NCBI GenBank assembly: GCA_902760645.1
Contig: CACWHC010000003.1
Location: 29,169 to 93,168 of the forward strand
Direction of reading: 5' to 3'
DNA length: 64,000 nucleotides
From: an uncultured bacterium
GTDB lineage: Bacteria > Cyanobacteriota > Vampirovibrionia > Gastranaerophilales > Gastranaerophilaceae
Numbering within the stretch: position 1 is the stretch's first letter; every line of letters starts with the position of its first letter. The position numbers and the translations under genes are program-made. The notes below the pieces were generated by a model, which searched no databases, was not told the origin of the DNA, and worked only from the letters and a program-made list of their open reading frames with translations. Positions 27,798 to 37,903 of the stretch are shown piece by piece.

Positions 27798-30401
27798 ATG
27801 GCAGATTTTAACAAATTTACTAATTATTCACAGGAAATTATCTCATCGGCAAGTGCATTAATGAATGAACACAAAAATTCGGAATTACAGCCTGAACACA
27901 TAATGCTTGCAATGATTAGAGATAACGGAATAATTAAGGACTATCTTACTGAGCTAAAACTGCTTAATCAATCATTTATCAACAGAATTGTAACAGCAGT
28001 AAATAATTTCCCTACAATTTCAACCCCACAAAATGCTCAGCAATTATTTTTAGCAACAGACACATACCGATTACTTGATATAGCCGTAGGGGAAGCCGAA
28101 AAGCTAAAAGATGATTTTATCGGGATTGAAGTTATTTTACTCTCTATGACATTACTGGAAAATTCAAATATTCAAAAAATACTAAAAGAATTTAATGTCA
28201 CAAAAAATTCCGTATTAAATGCTATGAAGAAAGTACGAGGTAACAAAAAAGTGGATAATAAAAATGCAGAAGAAAATATGAAAGCACTAGAAAAATATTC
28301 GACCGATTTAACAGATAGAGCAAGAAAAGGCAAACTTGATCCTGTAATAGGTCGTGACGAAGAAGTCAGAAGAATTATACAAGTTCTAAACAGACGAACC
28401 AAAAATAACCCTGTACTTATTGGAGAACCCGGAGTTGGTAAAACCGCTATAGTAGAAGGATTAGCACAACGTATTGTAAGGGGGGATGTTCCTGAAAGTC
28501 TAAAGGAAGTAAAACTTGTTGCTTTAGATTTGGGAGCACTAGTAGCCGGGGCAAAATTCAGAGGTGAATTTGAAGAACGTTTAAAAGCTGTACTAAAAGA
28601 AGTTGAAGATTCAAACGGAAATATTGTCATGTTTATTGATGAATTACATACCGTTGTCGGGGCAGGTGCAACAGAGGGTTCAATGGATGCAGGGAACCTT
28701 TTAAAACCGATGCTTGCAAGAGGAGTACTTCGAACAATCGGCGCCACTACTATAAATGAATACAGAAAATATATAGAGAAAGATCCTGCCCTGGAAAGAA
28801 GATTTCAGCCTGTTATGGTTGGTGAACCATCAGTAGAAGACACTATCAGTATACTGAGAGGATTGAAAGAAAAATATGAAGTACACCACGGTATAAGAAT
28901 ACTTGACAGTGCACTTATACAAGCTGCAAAACTTTCAGACAGATACATAACCGACAGATTTCTGCCTGATAAAGCTATTGACCTTATTGATGAAGCAGCA
29001 TCCTCTCTCAGAATTGAAATAGACTCTATGCCTGAAGAAATTGATACCCTGTTCAGACAAAAAATTCAGTTGGAAATTGAAAGGGAGGCTCTAAAAAAAG
29101 AAACTACTGAAGAAGCACTTACAAAAATAGAAGATTTAACCAAACAAATAAACAACTTAGAAGAAAAAATTAATAAATTAAAAACTCAATGGGAAGCCGA
29201 AAAAGCTTCTATTACAGGTGAAGCCGGTATAAAAGACCAGATTCAGCAAGTCCAAAGACAAATTGAGGAAGCTGAAAGGAATACTGATTTACAAACCGCA
29301 GCAGAATTAAAATACGGGAAATTATTAGAATTACAAAAGCAGTTATCAATTGCACAATCCCAAGAAAAAAGCGAAAACAGACTTTTAAAAGAAGAAATTG
29401 ATGACGATGACATTGCAAATATCGTAAGCAAATGGACAGGGATTCCTGTGTCTAAACTTGTTGAAAGCGAAAAACAAAAACTATTAAATATGGAAGAAAT
29501 TTTGCATAAACGACTAATCGGGCAGGATGAGGCCGTACAAACCGTATCGGATGCAATCAGAAGAGCTCGTTCAGGCTTAAAGGACCCTAAACGACCGATA
29601 GGAACATTCCTGTTTCTCGGACCTACCGGAGTCGGCAAAACAGAATTGGCAAAATCATTGGCAGAATTTATGTTTAATGATGAAGATGCACTAATCAGAA
29701 TTGATATGTCAGAATATATGGAAAAGCATACTGTATCAAGACTTGTCGGAGCCCCTCCGGGATATGTCGGATATGATGAAGGCGGTCAGTTAACCGAAGC
29801 AGTAAGAAGGAAACCATACTCTGTTGTTCTGTTTGATGAAATTGAAAAAGCTCATCCGGATGTATTTAATATCATGCTGCAAATTTTTGATGATGGAAGA
29901 CTAACAGACTCAAAAGGAAGAACTGTAGATTTTAAAAATACTCTTATAATTATGACTTCTAACATAGGAAGTGACATAATTCTTGAAGATTCAATAAAAG
30001 GCTTGGAAACTCATACAAATTTTGAAGAAACAAAAGAAAAAGTACTCGAAATTTTAAGAACACAATTTAAACCTGAATTTTTGAACAGAATTGATGAAAC
30101 AATATTCTTTAAGGGTCTGACATTAGAACAATTATCATCAATAGTAGACATACAAATGGAATATCTAAGAAAACTTCTTAAAGAACAGGAAATACAAATA
30201 AACATAACAAAAGAAGCCAAAGAATTACTTGCAACAAGAGGATTTAATCCTATCTACGGTGCAAGACCACTCAAACGAGTAATCAGACAAATGGTAGAAA
30301 ACCCATTGTCAAAAGAAATTCTAAAACAAAAATTCTCCAGAGGAGACACCTTAATTATTGGAGTAAACAGTCAGGACGAGATATGTTTTGAAAAAGCATA
30401 A
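27798..30401 (+). CDS. clpB: ClpB disaggregase
   Basis: ATG 27798 lies 9 nt after ggag. Two AAA+ modules ([18 protein letters not shown]) are separated by a long coiled-coil middle domain. Confidence 0.95.
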   Translation: MADFNKFTNYSQEIISSASALMNEHKNSELQPEHIMLAMIRDNGIIKDYLTELKLLNQSFINRIVTAVNNFPTISTPQNAQQLFLATDTYRLLDIAVGEAEKLKDDFIGIEVILLSMTLLENSNIQKILKEFNVTKNSVLNAMKKVRGNKKVDNKNAEENMKALEKYSTDLTDRARKGKLDPVIGRDEEVRRIIQVLNRRTKNNPVLIGEPGVGKTAIVEGLAQRIVRGDVPESLKEVKLVALDLGALVAGAKFRGEFEERLKAVLKEVEDSNGNIVMFIDELHTVVGAGATEGSMDAGNLLKPMLARGVLRTIGATTINEYRKYIEKDPALERRFQPVMVGEPSVEDTISILRGLKEKYEVHHGIRILDSALIQAAKLSDRYITDRFLPDKAIDLIDEAASSLRIEIDSMPEEIDTLFRQKIQLEIEREALKKETTEEALTKIEDLTKQINNLEEKINKLKTQWEAEKASITGEAGIKDQIQQVQRQIEEAERNTDLQTAAELKYGKLLELQKQLSIAQSQEKSENRLLKEEIDDDDIANIVSKWTGIPVSKLVESEKQKLLNMEEILHKRLIGQDEAVQTVSDAIRRARSGLKDPKRPIGTFLFLGPTGVGKTELAKSLAEFMFNDEDALIRIDMSEYMEKHTVSRLVGAPPGYVGYDEGGQLTEAVRRKPYSVVLFDEIEKAHPDVFNIMLQIFDDGRLTDSKGRTVDFKNTLIIMTSNIGSDIILEDSIKGLETHTNFEETKEKVLEILRTQFKPEFLNRIDETIFFKGLTLEQLSSIVDIQMEYLRKLLKEQEIQINITKEAKELLATRGFNPIYGARPLKRVIRQMVENPLSKEILKQKFSRGDTLIIGVNSQDEICFEKA

Positions 30402-30406
30402 TTTTT

Positions 30407-30437
30407 AAAAGAGGTAAGTTAAACTTACCTCTTTTGT
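30407..30437. terminator. bidirectional rho-independent terminator
   Basis: aaaagaggtaag / cttacctctttt stem with a 5-nt loop, flanked by A and T runs. Confidence 0.75.
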
Positions 30438-30721
30438 TATATCGAAACTCCGTATCGGGTAGCCAGCAAATTTCGCAAATGAGAGCAATATTGTCTTAAA
30501 TTTATGTCATTAGGAGAAATCTTTAGCTGGATTTCAGCATTTTCGAGAAACGACTTAATTTTAGCAAAATCTTCCGAATTAATTTCAACTTTTTTAAAAT
30601 TATCAGCTACTTTTTCCGAAGGTTTAGTAACATAATGTAATGCTTTTGAAACCTGAAGTTTTACTCTTGGATATACCGTTCTTATACCTTCTGTAATACC
30701 TAAATTCATAACAAACTCCAT
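30437..30721 (-). CDS. small hypothetical protein
   Basis: 94-aa ORF with no recognisable motif. ATG 30709 (MNLGITEG...) is an alternative start. Confidence 0.4.
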   Translation of the reverse strand: MEFVMNLGITEGIRTVYPRVKLQVSKALHYVTKPSEKVADNFKKVEINSEDFAKIKSFLENAEIQLKISPNDINLRQYCSHLRNLLATRYGVSI

Positions 30722-30896
30722 AATACTACCACCAATAATATAAAAACATTATTAATTAAAAAATGACCATATCAGGTTATATATTAAGAAATTTTACAAA
30801 GCAACCTGATGCAGAAACTATAAGTATCATATAATCGTATGGTTTATTTTGTCAAGTATTTATAATACAATGTAAATAAAAGATATGGAGATAAAT

Positions 30897-32120
30897 ATGC
30901 CAAAATTTAGTATTGCAATAAAAATAAATTCAGACGAACAAAATATCAGAAACTGCTTAGACAGCATAGTAAATCAAACATTTAAGGACATTGAAATATT
31001 ATGTATGCATGATTTTTCATCAAATGATATTCCCACACAGGTTGTCCAGGAATACAAAAAAGCGGACGAAAGAATTATACTTGTTAATGTTAAAGATAAA
31101 CAATTATCAGCAGCTAAAAATATGATTTTAAACGTAATAAAAGGCGAGTATTGTTACTTCATTGACAGCGATTCGACTATAGTTTATCCAAAATTATTTG
31201 AATATGCAAAAACAATATTCGACAATTTTGATATAGATTATTTTTGCTTTGGTGCAGAAGAAAACAAAAGTCATAATGGTGAAGATGCGATGTACCATGA
31301 CGGCTATTCTGAACTTACATTTGATTTAAGATTTTTCGCAGGAACATTTTTAGGCAACAAAATACTAAAAACAAAAATAATCAAGGACAATAATATACAG
31401 TTTCCAGAAGAAGGTCTACATGAAAATACCTACTTTATGTGGTGTTATCAATTTGCTTCCAAAAGTGTATACTTTGATGACGGGATTTTTAATTACTATG
31501 TAAAAAATAATAACCAGAATGAAAAACAGTCCTTTAATAATGCAGTATATCAAATGTATAATTGGCGGAAACTTTTAGACTATTTAAAAAATAGAGATAA
31601 ACTACAAGATAATTATGATAACATGATTTACTTACTTGACTTTTACTCGGCTGTTTCAAAACGTGTAGTACAACAAGAAGATAAATACAAAATTGAAAAG
31701 TTAAAACTTACATATTTAAATGAACTTTTAGAATTAAAAGGTAAGCAAATTCCGAAATCAGGAAATAAATCAAACGAACAATCTTTATTAGAAATGAATT
31801 CAAATAAAGATACCCCTAAAAATTTAATAAGCAGTCAAATGTACAGTAATATAACCAATCCTGAATTAGAAAATGAAAAAACAGTATCTTTGGCTGAACT
31901 AATGTCAGATAGTTCAAAAGAAGATTCAAACAAGGATGCTGTAACATTTTATGACCACGAAAATGAAATTGAAGTCGAAATGCAAGATTTTAACAAAGAA
32001 CACGTTGATTACTTACCAAACGTTGAAGATATATCTGATATGGTGGAAAAGAATGACAAACAAGGACAAACCAGTTCTGCAATCCTTTCATTCTTAGGGA
32101 TAAAAATCAAACATAAATAA
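30897..32120 (+). CDS. family 2 glycosyltransferase with a long polar C-terminal extension
   Basis: ATG 30897 lies 7 nt after ggag. FSIAIKINSDEQNIRNCLDSIVNQTFKDIEILCMHDFSSND and FIDSDS fit a GT-A fold with a DxD-like motif. Confidence 0.75.
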   Translation: MPKFSIAIKINSDEQNIRNCLDSIVNQTFKDIEILCMHDFSSNDIPTQVVQEYKKADERIILVNVKDKQLSAAKNMILNVIKGEYCYFIDSDSTIVYPKLFEYAKTIFDNFDIDYFCFGAEENKSHNGEDAMYHDGYSELTFDLRFFAGTFLGNKILKTKIIKDNNIQFPEEGLHENTYFMWCYQFASKSVYFDDGIFNYYVKNNNQNEKQSFNNAVYQMYNWRKLLDYLKNRDKLQDNYDNMIYLLDFYSAVSKRVVQQEDKYKIEKLKLTYLNELLELKGKQIPKSGNKSNEQSLLEMNSNKDTPKNLISSQMYSNITNPELENEKTVSLAELMSDSSKEDSNKDAVTFYDHENEIEVEMQDFNKEHVDYLPNVEDISDMVEKNDKQGQTSSAILSFLGIKIKHK

Positions 32121-32144
32121 TTCTAAATATAAAAACATATATGA

Positions 32145-32180
32145 AACGGAGGACTGAATACTCAGTCCTCCGTTAACTTT
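32145..32180. terminator. hairpin terminator between convergent genes
   Basis: 13-bp perfect stem aacggaggactga / tcagtcctccgtt with a 4-nt loop. The T-run is weak. Confidence 0.65.
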
Positions 32181-32195
32181 TACAGATAAAATGTT

Positions 32196-34001
32196 TTATA
32201 CAATTTCAGGCTGATTTTCCTGCTTTTTGAATTGCATATCATACAGAGCCTTATATGCACCGCCTTCGATATTGAGCAATTGCTCATGAGTACCACGTTC
32301 AACAATTTCACCCTGATTAATAACCGCAATTAAATCAGCATTTTGGATTGTCGATAACCTGTGTGCAATAACAAATACGGTCTTATCTTTCATCAAGTTA
32401 TCAATAGCCTTTTGAACGATTGCTTCAGCTTTATTATCTAACGCACTTGTTGCTTCATCAAGAATAATAATAGGAGCATCCTTCAAAAAGGCACGAGCAA
32501 TAGCAACTCTCTGCTTTTGTCCGCCGGAAAGCAAAATACCTCTTTCCCCGATTTCAGTATCCAAACCTTTTTCAAGTGAGTTTATAAAATCAGTCAAATA
32601 AGCCATATCAACTGCTTTCATAAGCTCCTCTTCAGAAGCATTCTCTCTGCCTAGCAAGATATTTTCTCTTATTGTACCTGAGAATAAGAAATTATCCTGG
32701 AATACAACAGCGATATTTTGTCTTAACGAATGCAACGTATAATCCCTAATATCAATACCATCAATAGTTATTGAACCGGATTTAATATCATAAAATCTCG
32801 GTAACAAATTAACCATAGTCGTTTTGCCGCCGCCAGAATTACCAACAAAGGCAATTGTCTGACCTTTTTTAACACTTAAATTAATATTTTTCAACACCGG
32901 GACATTTTCTACATATTCAAAATTAACATCTTTGAATTCAATATTTAAATCGGAACTGTTAAGCTCAATCGCATCCTCTTTATCAGCAATCGAAGGTTTA
33001 GCATCAAGCTGCTCAAATATGGTTTCAATTGCGAAGAAAGAAAATTGAACCGCATTCAAATTATTCCCGATATTCTTTACAGGAGTGTAAAGTAGTATTA
33101 AAGCAGTAATAAATGATACAAAATTACCGCTGGTTATTTGATTCGTCAAAATTAAATGGCTGCCATAGCCGATTGCAGCAGCAATACCAACGGAAACAAT
33201 CACATGCATCATAGGGGAAAGCCATTGTGTCTTTTGCACCATCTTTATTCTTAATGTAAAAATATTTTTTAATATCCACTGGAAACGATTAATTTCGTGC
33301 TCTTCTAAATTATATGAAGTAATAGTTTTATTGCCCGCAAAAGTCTCATTGTAAGCTGTAATAATTGCAGAATCAGCAACAACTGTTTTTTCCATTACGC
33401 TCTTGATACGTTTTTGAATTTTGGCAACCGGAGCAAATGCACATCCTAATACCACAACGGCAATAAGTGCAAGCTGCCACGAATTATAAAACAATACACA
33501 TACCAGTGATATAGATGAAAATATTCTCTGAGTAAATACACTTAAATTATCTAACAAACCTACACAGGCAGAATCAGCCATATTATTAAACTGGAAAATT
33601 ACATCACCTGAATTTCTTTTATCATAAAATTCGGTTGGAAATGTAAGCAGTTTTTTATACAAATCGTATTTTAAGGCATTAGTAATTTTTGAACCAACCC
33701 AGGTTGCGAGATAGGATGACATATATTTTAACCCGCCCTGAATTGACGTGAATGCAACAATACCTAACGGGATATACCAAGGTGACTGAATACTTTTATC
33801 AACCATAACCAAATCCATGTATGGTTTTAATGCCAATGCAATAACAGCATCCAATGAACCTATCGGAATGCATATCAACATAGAACATAACGCTCTGAAC
33901 CAAACAGGTTTAACATATGGCCACATTCTGCGATAGTTTACAACAAATCTGAGATTTTTTAAATTTGCTATTTTTTCTGCTAACAACGATTTTAATGACA
34001 T
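32196..34001 (-). CDS. ABC transporter, fused permease/ATPase (MsbA-like exporter)
   Basis: Six-helix N-terminal half. Walker A GNSGGGKTT, signature LSGGQKQR, and Walker B IIILDEATSALD. Confidence 0.88.
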   Translation of the reverse strand: MSLKSLLAEKIANLKNLRFVVNYRRMWPYVKPVWFRALCSMLICIPIGSLDAVIALALKPYMDLVMVDKSIQSPWYIPLGIVAFTSIQGGLKYMSSYLATWVGSKITNALKYDLYKKLLTFPTEFYDKRNSGDVIFQFNNMADSACVGLLDNLSVFTQRIFSSISLVCVLFYNSWQLALIAVVVLGCAFAPVAKIQKRIKSVMEKTVVADSAIITAYNETFAGNKTITSYNLEEHEINRFQWILKNIFTLRIKMVQKTQWLSPMMHVIVSVGIAAAIGYGSHLILTNQITSGNFVSFITALILLYTPVKNIGNNLNAVQFSFFAIETIFEQLDAKPSIADKEDAIELNSSDLNIEFKDVNFEYVENVPVLKNINLSVKKGQTIAFVGNSGGGKTTMVNLLPRFYDIKSGSITIDGIDIRDYTLHSLRQNIAVVFQDNFLFSGTIRENILLGRENASEEELMKAVDMAYLTDFINSLEKGLDTEIGERGILLSGGQKQRVAIARAFLKDAPIIILDEATSALDNKAEAIVQKAIDNLMKDKTVFVIAHRLSTIQNADLIAVINQGEIVERGTHEQLLNIEGGAYKALYDMQFKKQENQPEIV

Positions 34002-35029
34002 TTATTTAATTCTCCATTCAATAAAGTTTCTTGATATATTTTTTCCCATGCATAAGCAGAGGCAACACTGTCTGTTAAAGTTTTTTCGGGTTTCCATCCC
34101 AAATCAGAAAGAGATTTTTTATTGTCCGCCACCAAAGAAGCCGGATCCCCTTCTCGTCTTTCTAATACATCCACATCAATATGTTTGCCTGTAACATCTT
34201 CACATGTCCTGAAGACTTCCTTAACGCTATTACCATCATTAGTTCCAAGATTATAAAAATTAGTACCGCCACCATTTAACAGATGTTTTAAAGCAAGTAA
34301 ATGAGCCTTCGCCAAATCTTCCACATTAATATAATCTCTTATACATGTACCGTCTTTAGTATCATAATCAGTCCCAAACATCTTGAATCTTTGCCCGCCG
34401 CTAAAAGTCGACTTTAAAATATTTGGAATCAAATGAGTTTCAGGGACATGCCATTCTCCGATGCGCGATTTTGTATCCGCACCTGCGACATTAAAGTATC
34501 TTAATCTGACACTTTTCAGTCCATAAGCACTATCATAATCATCCATAATATTTTCAATCATAAGTTTAGTTCGTCCATACGGATTAATCGGATTTTGAGG
34601 ATGTTTTTCATCAATAGGGATATATTCGGGTTCACCATACGTCGCAGCCGTAGATGAAAATACTATCTTCATAACATTATTTTCAATCATTGCCTTCAAT
34701 AAATTCAATGTTCCGTAAACATTATTAAAATAATATTTCTGCGGATTTTTAACAGACTCAGCAACCTGAGAAAAAGCGGCAAAATGAAGAACTGCCGAAA
34801 TATCAAATTTTTCAAACGCAGAATTTATATCCTGAAAATTCTGCAAATCTCCTTTTAAGAAATCAATGACACGCCCTGCAGCACTTTGATTTTTGAGAAT
34901 TTCGACAATTTCAGAATGTCCTAGCGATAAGTTATCGAAAATTACAACATCATAACCTGCATTAATTAAAGCCAAAACATTGTGGCTACCAACATATCCG
35001 GCACCACCTGTAACTAAAACTGTTGTCAT
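33992..35029 (-). CDS. galE: UDP-glucose 4-epimerase
   Basis: VLVTGGAGYVGSH, the YGRTK catalytic motif, and overall GalE-like sequence. It overlaps the ABC gene by 10 nt. Confidence 0.92.
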   Translation of the reverse strand: MTTVLVTGGAGYVGSHNVLALINAGYDVVIFDNLSLGHSEIVEILKNQSAAGRVIDFLKGDLQNFQDINSAFEKFDISAVLHFAAFSQVAESVKNPQKYYFNNVYGTLNLLKAMIENNVMKIVFSSTAATYGEPEYIPIDEKHPQNPINPYGRTKLMIENIMDDYDSAYGLKSVRLRYFNVAGADTKSRIGEWHVPETHLIPNILKSTFSGGQRFKMFGTDYDTKDGTCIRDYINVEDLAKAHLLALKHLLNGGGTNFYNLGTNDGNSVKEVFRTCEDVTGKHIDVDVLERREGDPASLVADNKKSLSDLGWKPEKTLTDSVASAYAWEKIYQETLLNGELNKCH

Positions 35030-36141
35030 TTATTTTTGATCTCCTCAAAAAGTTCTAATGCTCTTAATATAGCTTTATCCATATCATAATACATATAATC
35101 GCCAAGACGTCCGAAAAAATAAACATTTTCCAGAGCTAAAGCATCTTTATGATATTTTTCATACAAAGCATTGTTCTCCGGACTTGCTATCGGATAATAT
35201 CTGCCATTTTGACCTCTTACATATTCTTCCGAATATTCTTTTGCAATAACTGTTTTATCCGATTTATCATCAAGATAGTATTTATATTCATGGATTCTTG
35301 TAAAATCATAATTACACGGATAGTTGATGACGGAATTAGACTGATAATACTCTTTGTTATGAGTTTCAAGCTTAAATCTTACACTACGGTACGGTAATTG
35401 ACCATACTTGTAACCGAAAAACTTATCTATTGAACCGGTATAAAAAATTCTCTTGAATTTTTCGTCTTTAACCTTATCATATGAAGTATTTAATCTGATT
35501 TCTATTTTATCACTGTTTAACATATTCTCAATGACTTTAGTATATCCTTCGAGCGGAATACCCTGAAACCTGTCCTGAAAATACCTGTTATCTTTACTCA
35601 AATAGACAGGAACTCTTTCTGTAACAGTATCATCAACTTCCTTTGGAGAAACTCCCCACTGTTTTGTCGTATAATATAAGAAAATCTTTTGATATACATA
35701 ATTTGCCAAAAATTTCAAATCATCATCATCCTGAGCCTGAAATTCAAGTATCGGAACTTTAGTATTTATCTGGAAAACATCTAACAGTTTATCTTCTAAT
35801 TTTTGAGCAAAACTCTTAGGGAAAACGTCATACAGAGTATTAAAATTAAACGGGATATGAGTTTCAATACCGTCTAAAAGTCCTATTACTTTATGCATGT
35901 ACGTATTGAAATCCGTAAACTGTCTTATATAATTCCAAACTTTTTCAGATTTGGTATGAAATATATGAGAACCGTATTTATGAATCATAATACCGTTTTC
36001 ATCACGATAATCATAACAATTGCCGCCGATATGCGGTCTTTTATCGACTACAAGAACTTCTTCACCTAACTCGTTAGCTAGCAAATTTGCTATGGTAGCA
36101 CCCGAAATACCTGCACCTACAACTAAATTTTTATCAGACAT
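35026..36141 (-). CDS. glf: UDP-galactopyranose mutase
   Basis: ATG 36141 follows SD ggagag. VVGAGISGATIANLLA...VLVVDKRPHIGGNCYD, HKYGSHIFHT, and FGRLGDYMYYDMD. It shares an ATGA overlap with galE. Confidence 0.92.
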   Translation of the reverse strand: MSDKNLVVGAGISGATIANLLANELGEEVLVVDKRPHIGGNCYDYRDENGIMIHKYGSHIFHTKSEKVWNYIRQFTDFNTYMHKVIGLLDGIETHIPFNFNTLYDVFPKSFAQKLEDKLLDVFQINTKVPILEFQAQDDDDLKFLANYVYQKIFLYYTTKQWGVSPKEVDDTVTERVPVYLSKDNRYFQDRFQGIPLEGYTKVIENMLNSDKIEIRLNTSYDKVKDEKFKRIFYTGSIDKFFGYKYGQLPYRSVRFKLETHNKEYYQSNSVINYPCNYDFTRIHEYKYYLDDKSDKTVIAKEYSEEYVRGQNGRYYPIASPENNALYEKYHKDALALENVYFFGRLGDYMYYDMDKAILRALELFEEIKNK

Positions 36142-36249
36142 AACACTCTCCAAAAAATATACATAAAGATTACTACCTCAGAATCCCTACATTGTAACAT
36201 TGTATCACAAACAAGGGTGATAACGGATATTGTTAAATTTTGTTATGCA

Positions 36250-37761
36250 TTAATTTCTTATTGCATTTTCAAAAGCATGATAAACATTTTCAGTATATTT
36301 TGATGCATCATCAGACGTATTGAAAACACCTGCCCAATGTCTTTCACAATCAGTCCACGCATCTGAACCGCTCATTTTTTTAACATGCATCATGCTTTCA
36401 TGAGTATTTATATACGGGGATAGAGGAAATATGTCATGAATTTGCATAAACGATGGCAACTTATTTTCAGGGTAATCAAAGCCCCATAAACATGAATTAA
36501 TACGATTTAACCTGTCTTCAAATGATAATACCCCGTCATCATTATCATTAGAAACTTCAGGACCTGCAGCATATTCACCATTATAAGCCTGTTTAACTGC
36601 CTCGTGTTTTACACTATATATATTATCAGCCTTCCCCCAATCAGTTCCTGCCGTCAAACCAAGTTCTTTATATCCGAAACTATCATTGCACTTTTCCCCG
36701 ATAAAAGCTAAATCCCCTCGACCTGTTTGCTCTCTGATTTTATACAGGACATACGAAAAAGCCTGTCGGCTCGGTAAATCACCAATACCAGCATAACCGT
36801 CCAAATCAAGGACATGCTTGCCGCTATCAAAATAAATTGAATCAAATCCCAATTCAATTGCCCATACACAAGCATCAATAAATGCCTTTTCATGCTCAAA
36901 CCAATTAAATTCTCTTCCCTGAACTCTCAATTGTCCTGCAGATAACGGCATTCTTATTCCGGTTTTAAACCCTAATAAATGAGCTAAATCGTTAAAAGCC
37001 TTTACCTGTTCATCAGCACCCATTTTACCAAACAGACCGGGTGAAGTTAGATTGTTACTGATGCCCTTATGCAAATTAACACAATATAAAGACTCGTCAT
37101 CTAAAGTACCATCACCATATAAAGACGGATACAACTGGGATAATATGATACAATTAGCACTCTTCCCGGCTGTAGGAGGAATCGCAGGCAATAACTTCAT
37201 TACACCAAACAACCCTTCAGTTACGGAATTACCGTCATATTTTGCGACTAATCTCGGGTTAATTTCTATATAATTTGCATACCTTCCCCACTTATCCCCA
37301 TAATTAGGTGAGGGGATATATGCCGGGATTTCCGGGTAATGCAAATCTGGTTTTGTTATCGTACAGGCAGACTGGATAACCTGTTCCGGAGTTCTCACAA
37401 GCAATTCGGGCGGTCTTGCATTAACCCACTTATGAAATCCTGATGAATAAATTCTTTCCTTTGTCCACTCGTCTTCATAAACATCATTTCGTCCGGTTGA
37501 AATCCAAAACAATTTTTTTAAAGGTTGAGCATCACCATAATAGCCGGTGAATGGTATCTCACCGCCCTTAAATGCAGGCAAATTCAATTTTAACAGCGGA
37601 CTTTGATAATACTTTCCGTAGATGTTTTTATCGAAACGATTTGAACTTTGATTTTGGTAATTATCAGAATGAACTGATTGTACCGATTTATTTATCCCTA
37701 AACTACCATACGATGCAGTATTTACAAAATTCACACTCAGGCATGATATTTTCATAAACAT
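36250..37761 (-). CDS. hypothetical protein with possible GH13-type (alpha-amylase-like) catalytic motifs
   Basis: 503 aa. ELGFDSIYFDSGKHV resembles GH13 region II, AFIGEKC resembles region III, and FMQIHD resembles region IV, in the correct order. Region I is unclear. A polar N-terminal leader of about 75 aa precedes them. Confidence 0.5.
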   Translation of the reverse strand: MFMKISCLSVNFVNTASYGSLGINKSVQSVHSDNYQNQSSNRFDKNIYGKYYQSPLLKLNLPAFKGGEIPFTGYYGDAQPLKKLFWISTGRNDVYEDEWTKERIYSSGFHKWVNARPPELLVRTPEQVIQSACTITKPDLHYPEIPAYIPSPNYGDKWGRYANYIEINPRLVAKYDGNSVTEGLFGVMKLLPAIPPTAGKSANCIILSQLYPSLYGDGTLDDESLYCVNLHKGISNNLTSPGLFGKMGADEQVKAFNDLAHLLGFKTGIRMPLSAGQLRVQGREFNWFEHEKAFIDACVWAIELGFDSIYFDSGKHVLDLDGYAGIGDLPSRQAFSYVLYKIREQTGRGDLAFIGEKCNDSFGYKELGLTAGTDWGKADNIYSVKHEAVKQAYNGEYAAGPEVSNDNDDGVLSFEDRLNRINSCLWGFDYPENKLPSFMQIHDIFPLSPYINTHESMMHVKKMSGSDAWTDCERHWAGVFNTSDDASKYTENVYHAFENAIRN

Positions 37762-37903
37762 ATTTTAGTATTAAAAACATAAAAACTAAAAAATTTAACA
37801 ATTACTTTGTAAATTAATGTAACAATATTAAAAAAATTATAAAGTAATAACTTCAACTAACCGTAAAAATTCACATAGGTTAGCAGACAATAAGGAGAAA
37901 ATC

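Noticed and set aside
28172-29638. Long antisense ORFs inside clpB (191 aa and 131 aa). Similar ones occur inside the LysM-repeat gene (38582..39235, 217 aa) and dnaX.
   Set aside because: They lie fully within strongly supported genes on the opposite strand. Their translations are low-complexity and lack starts with an SD. This is typical of stop-poor antisense frames.
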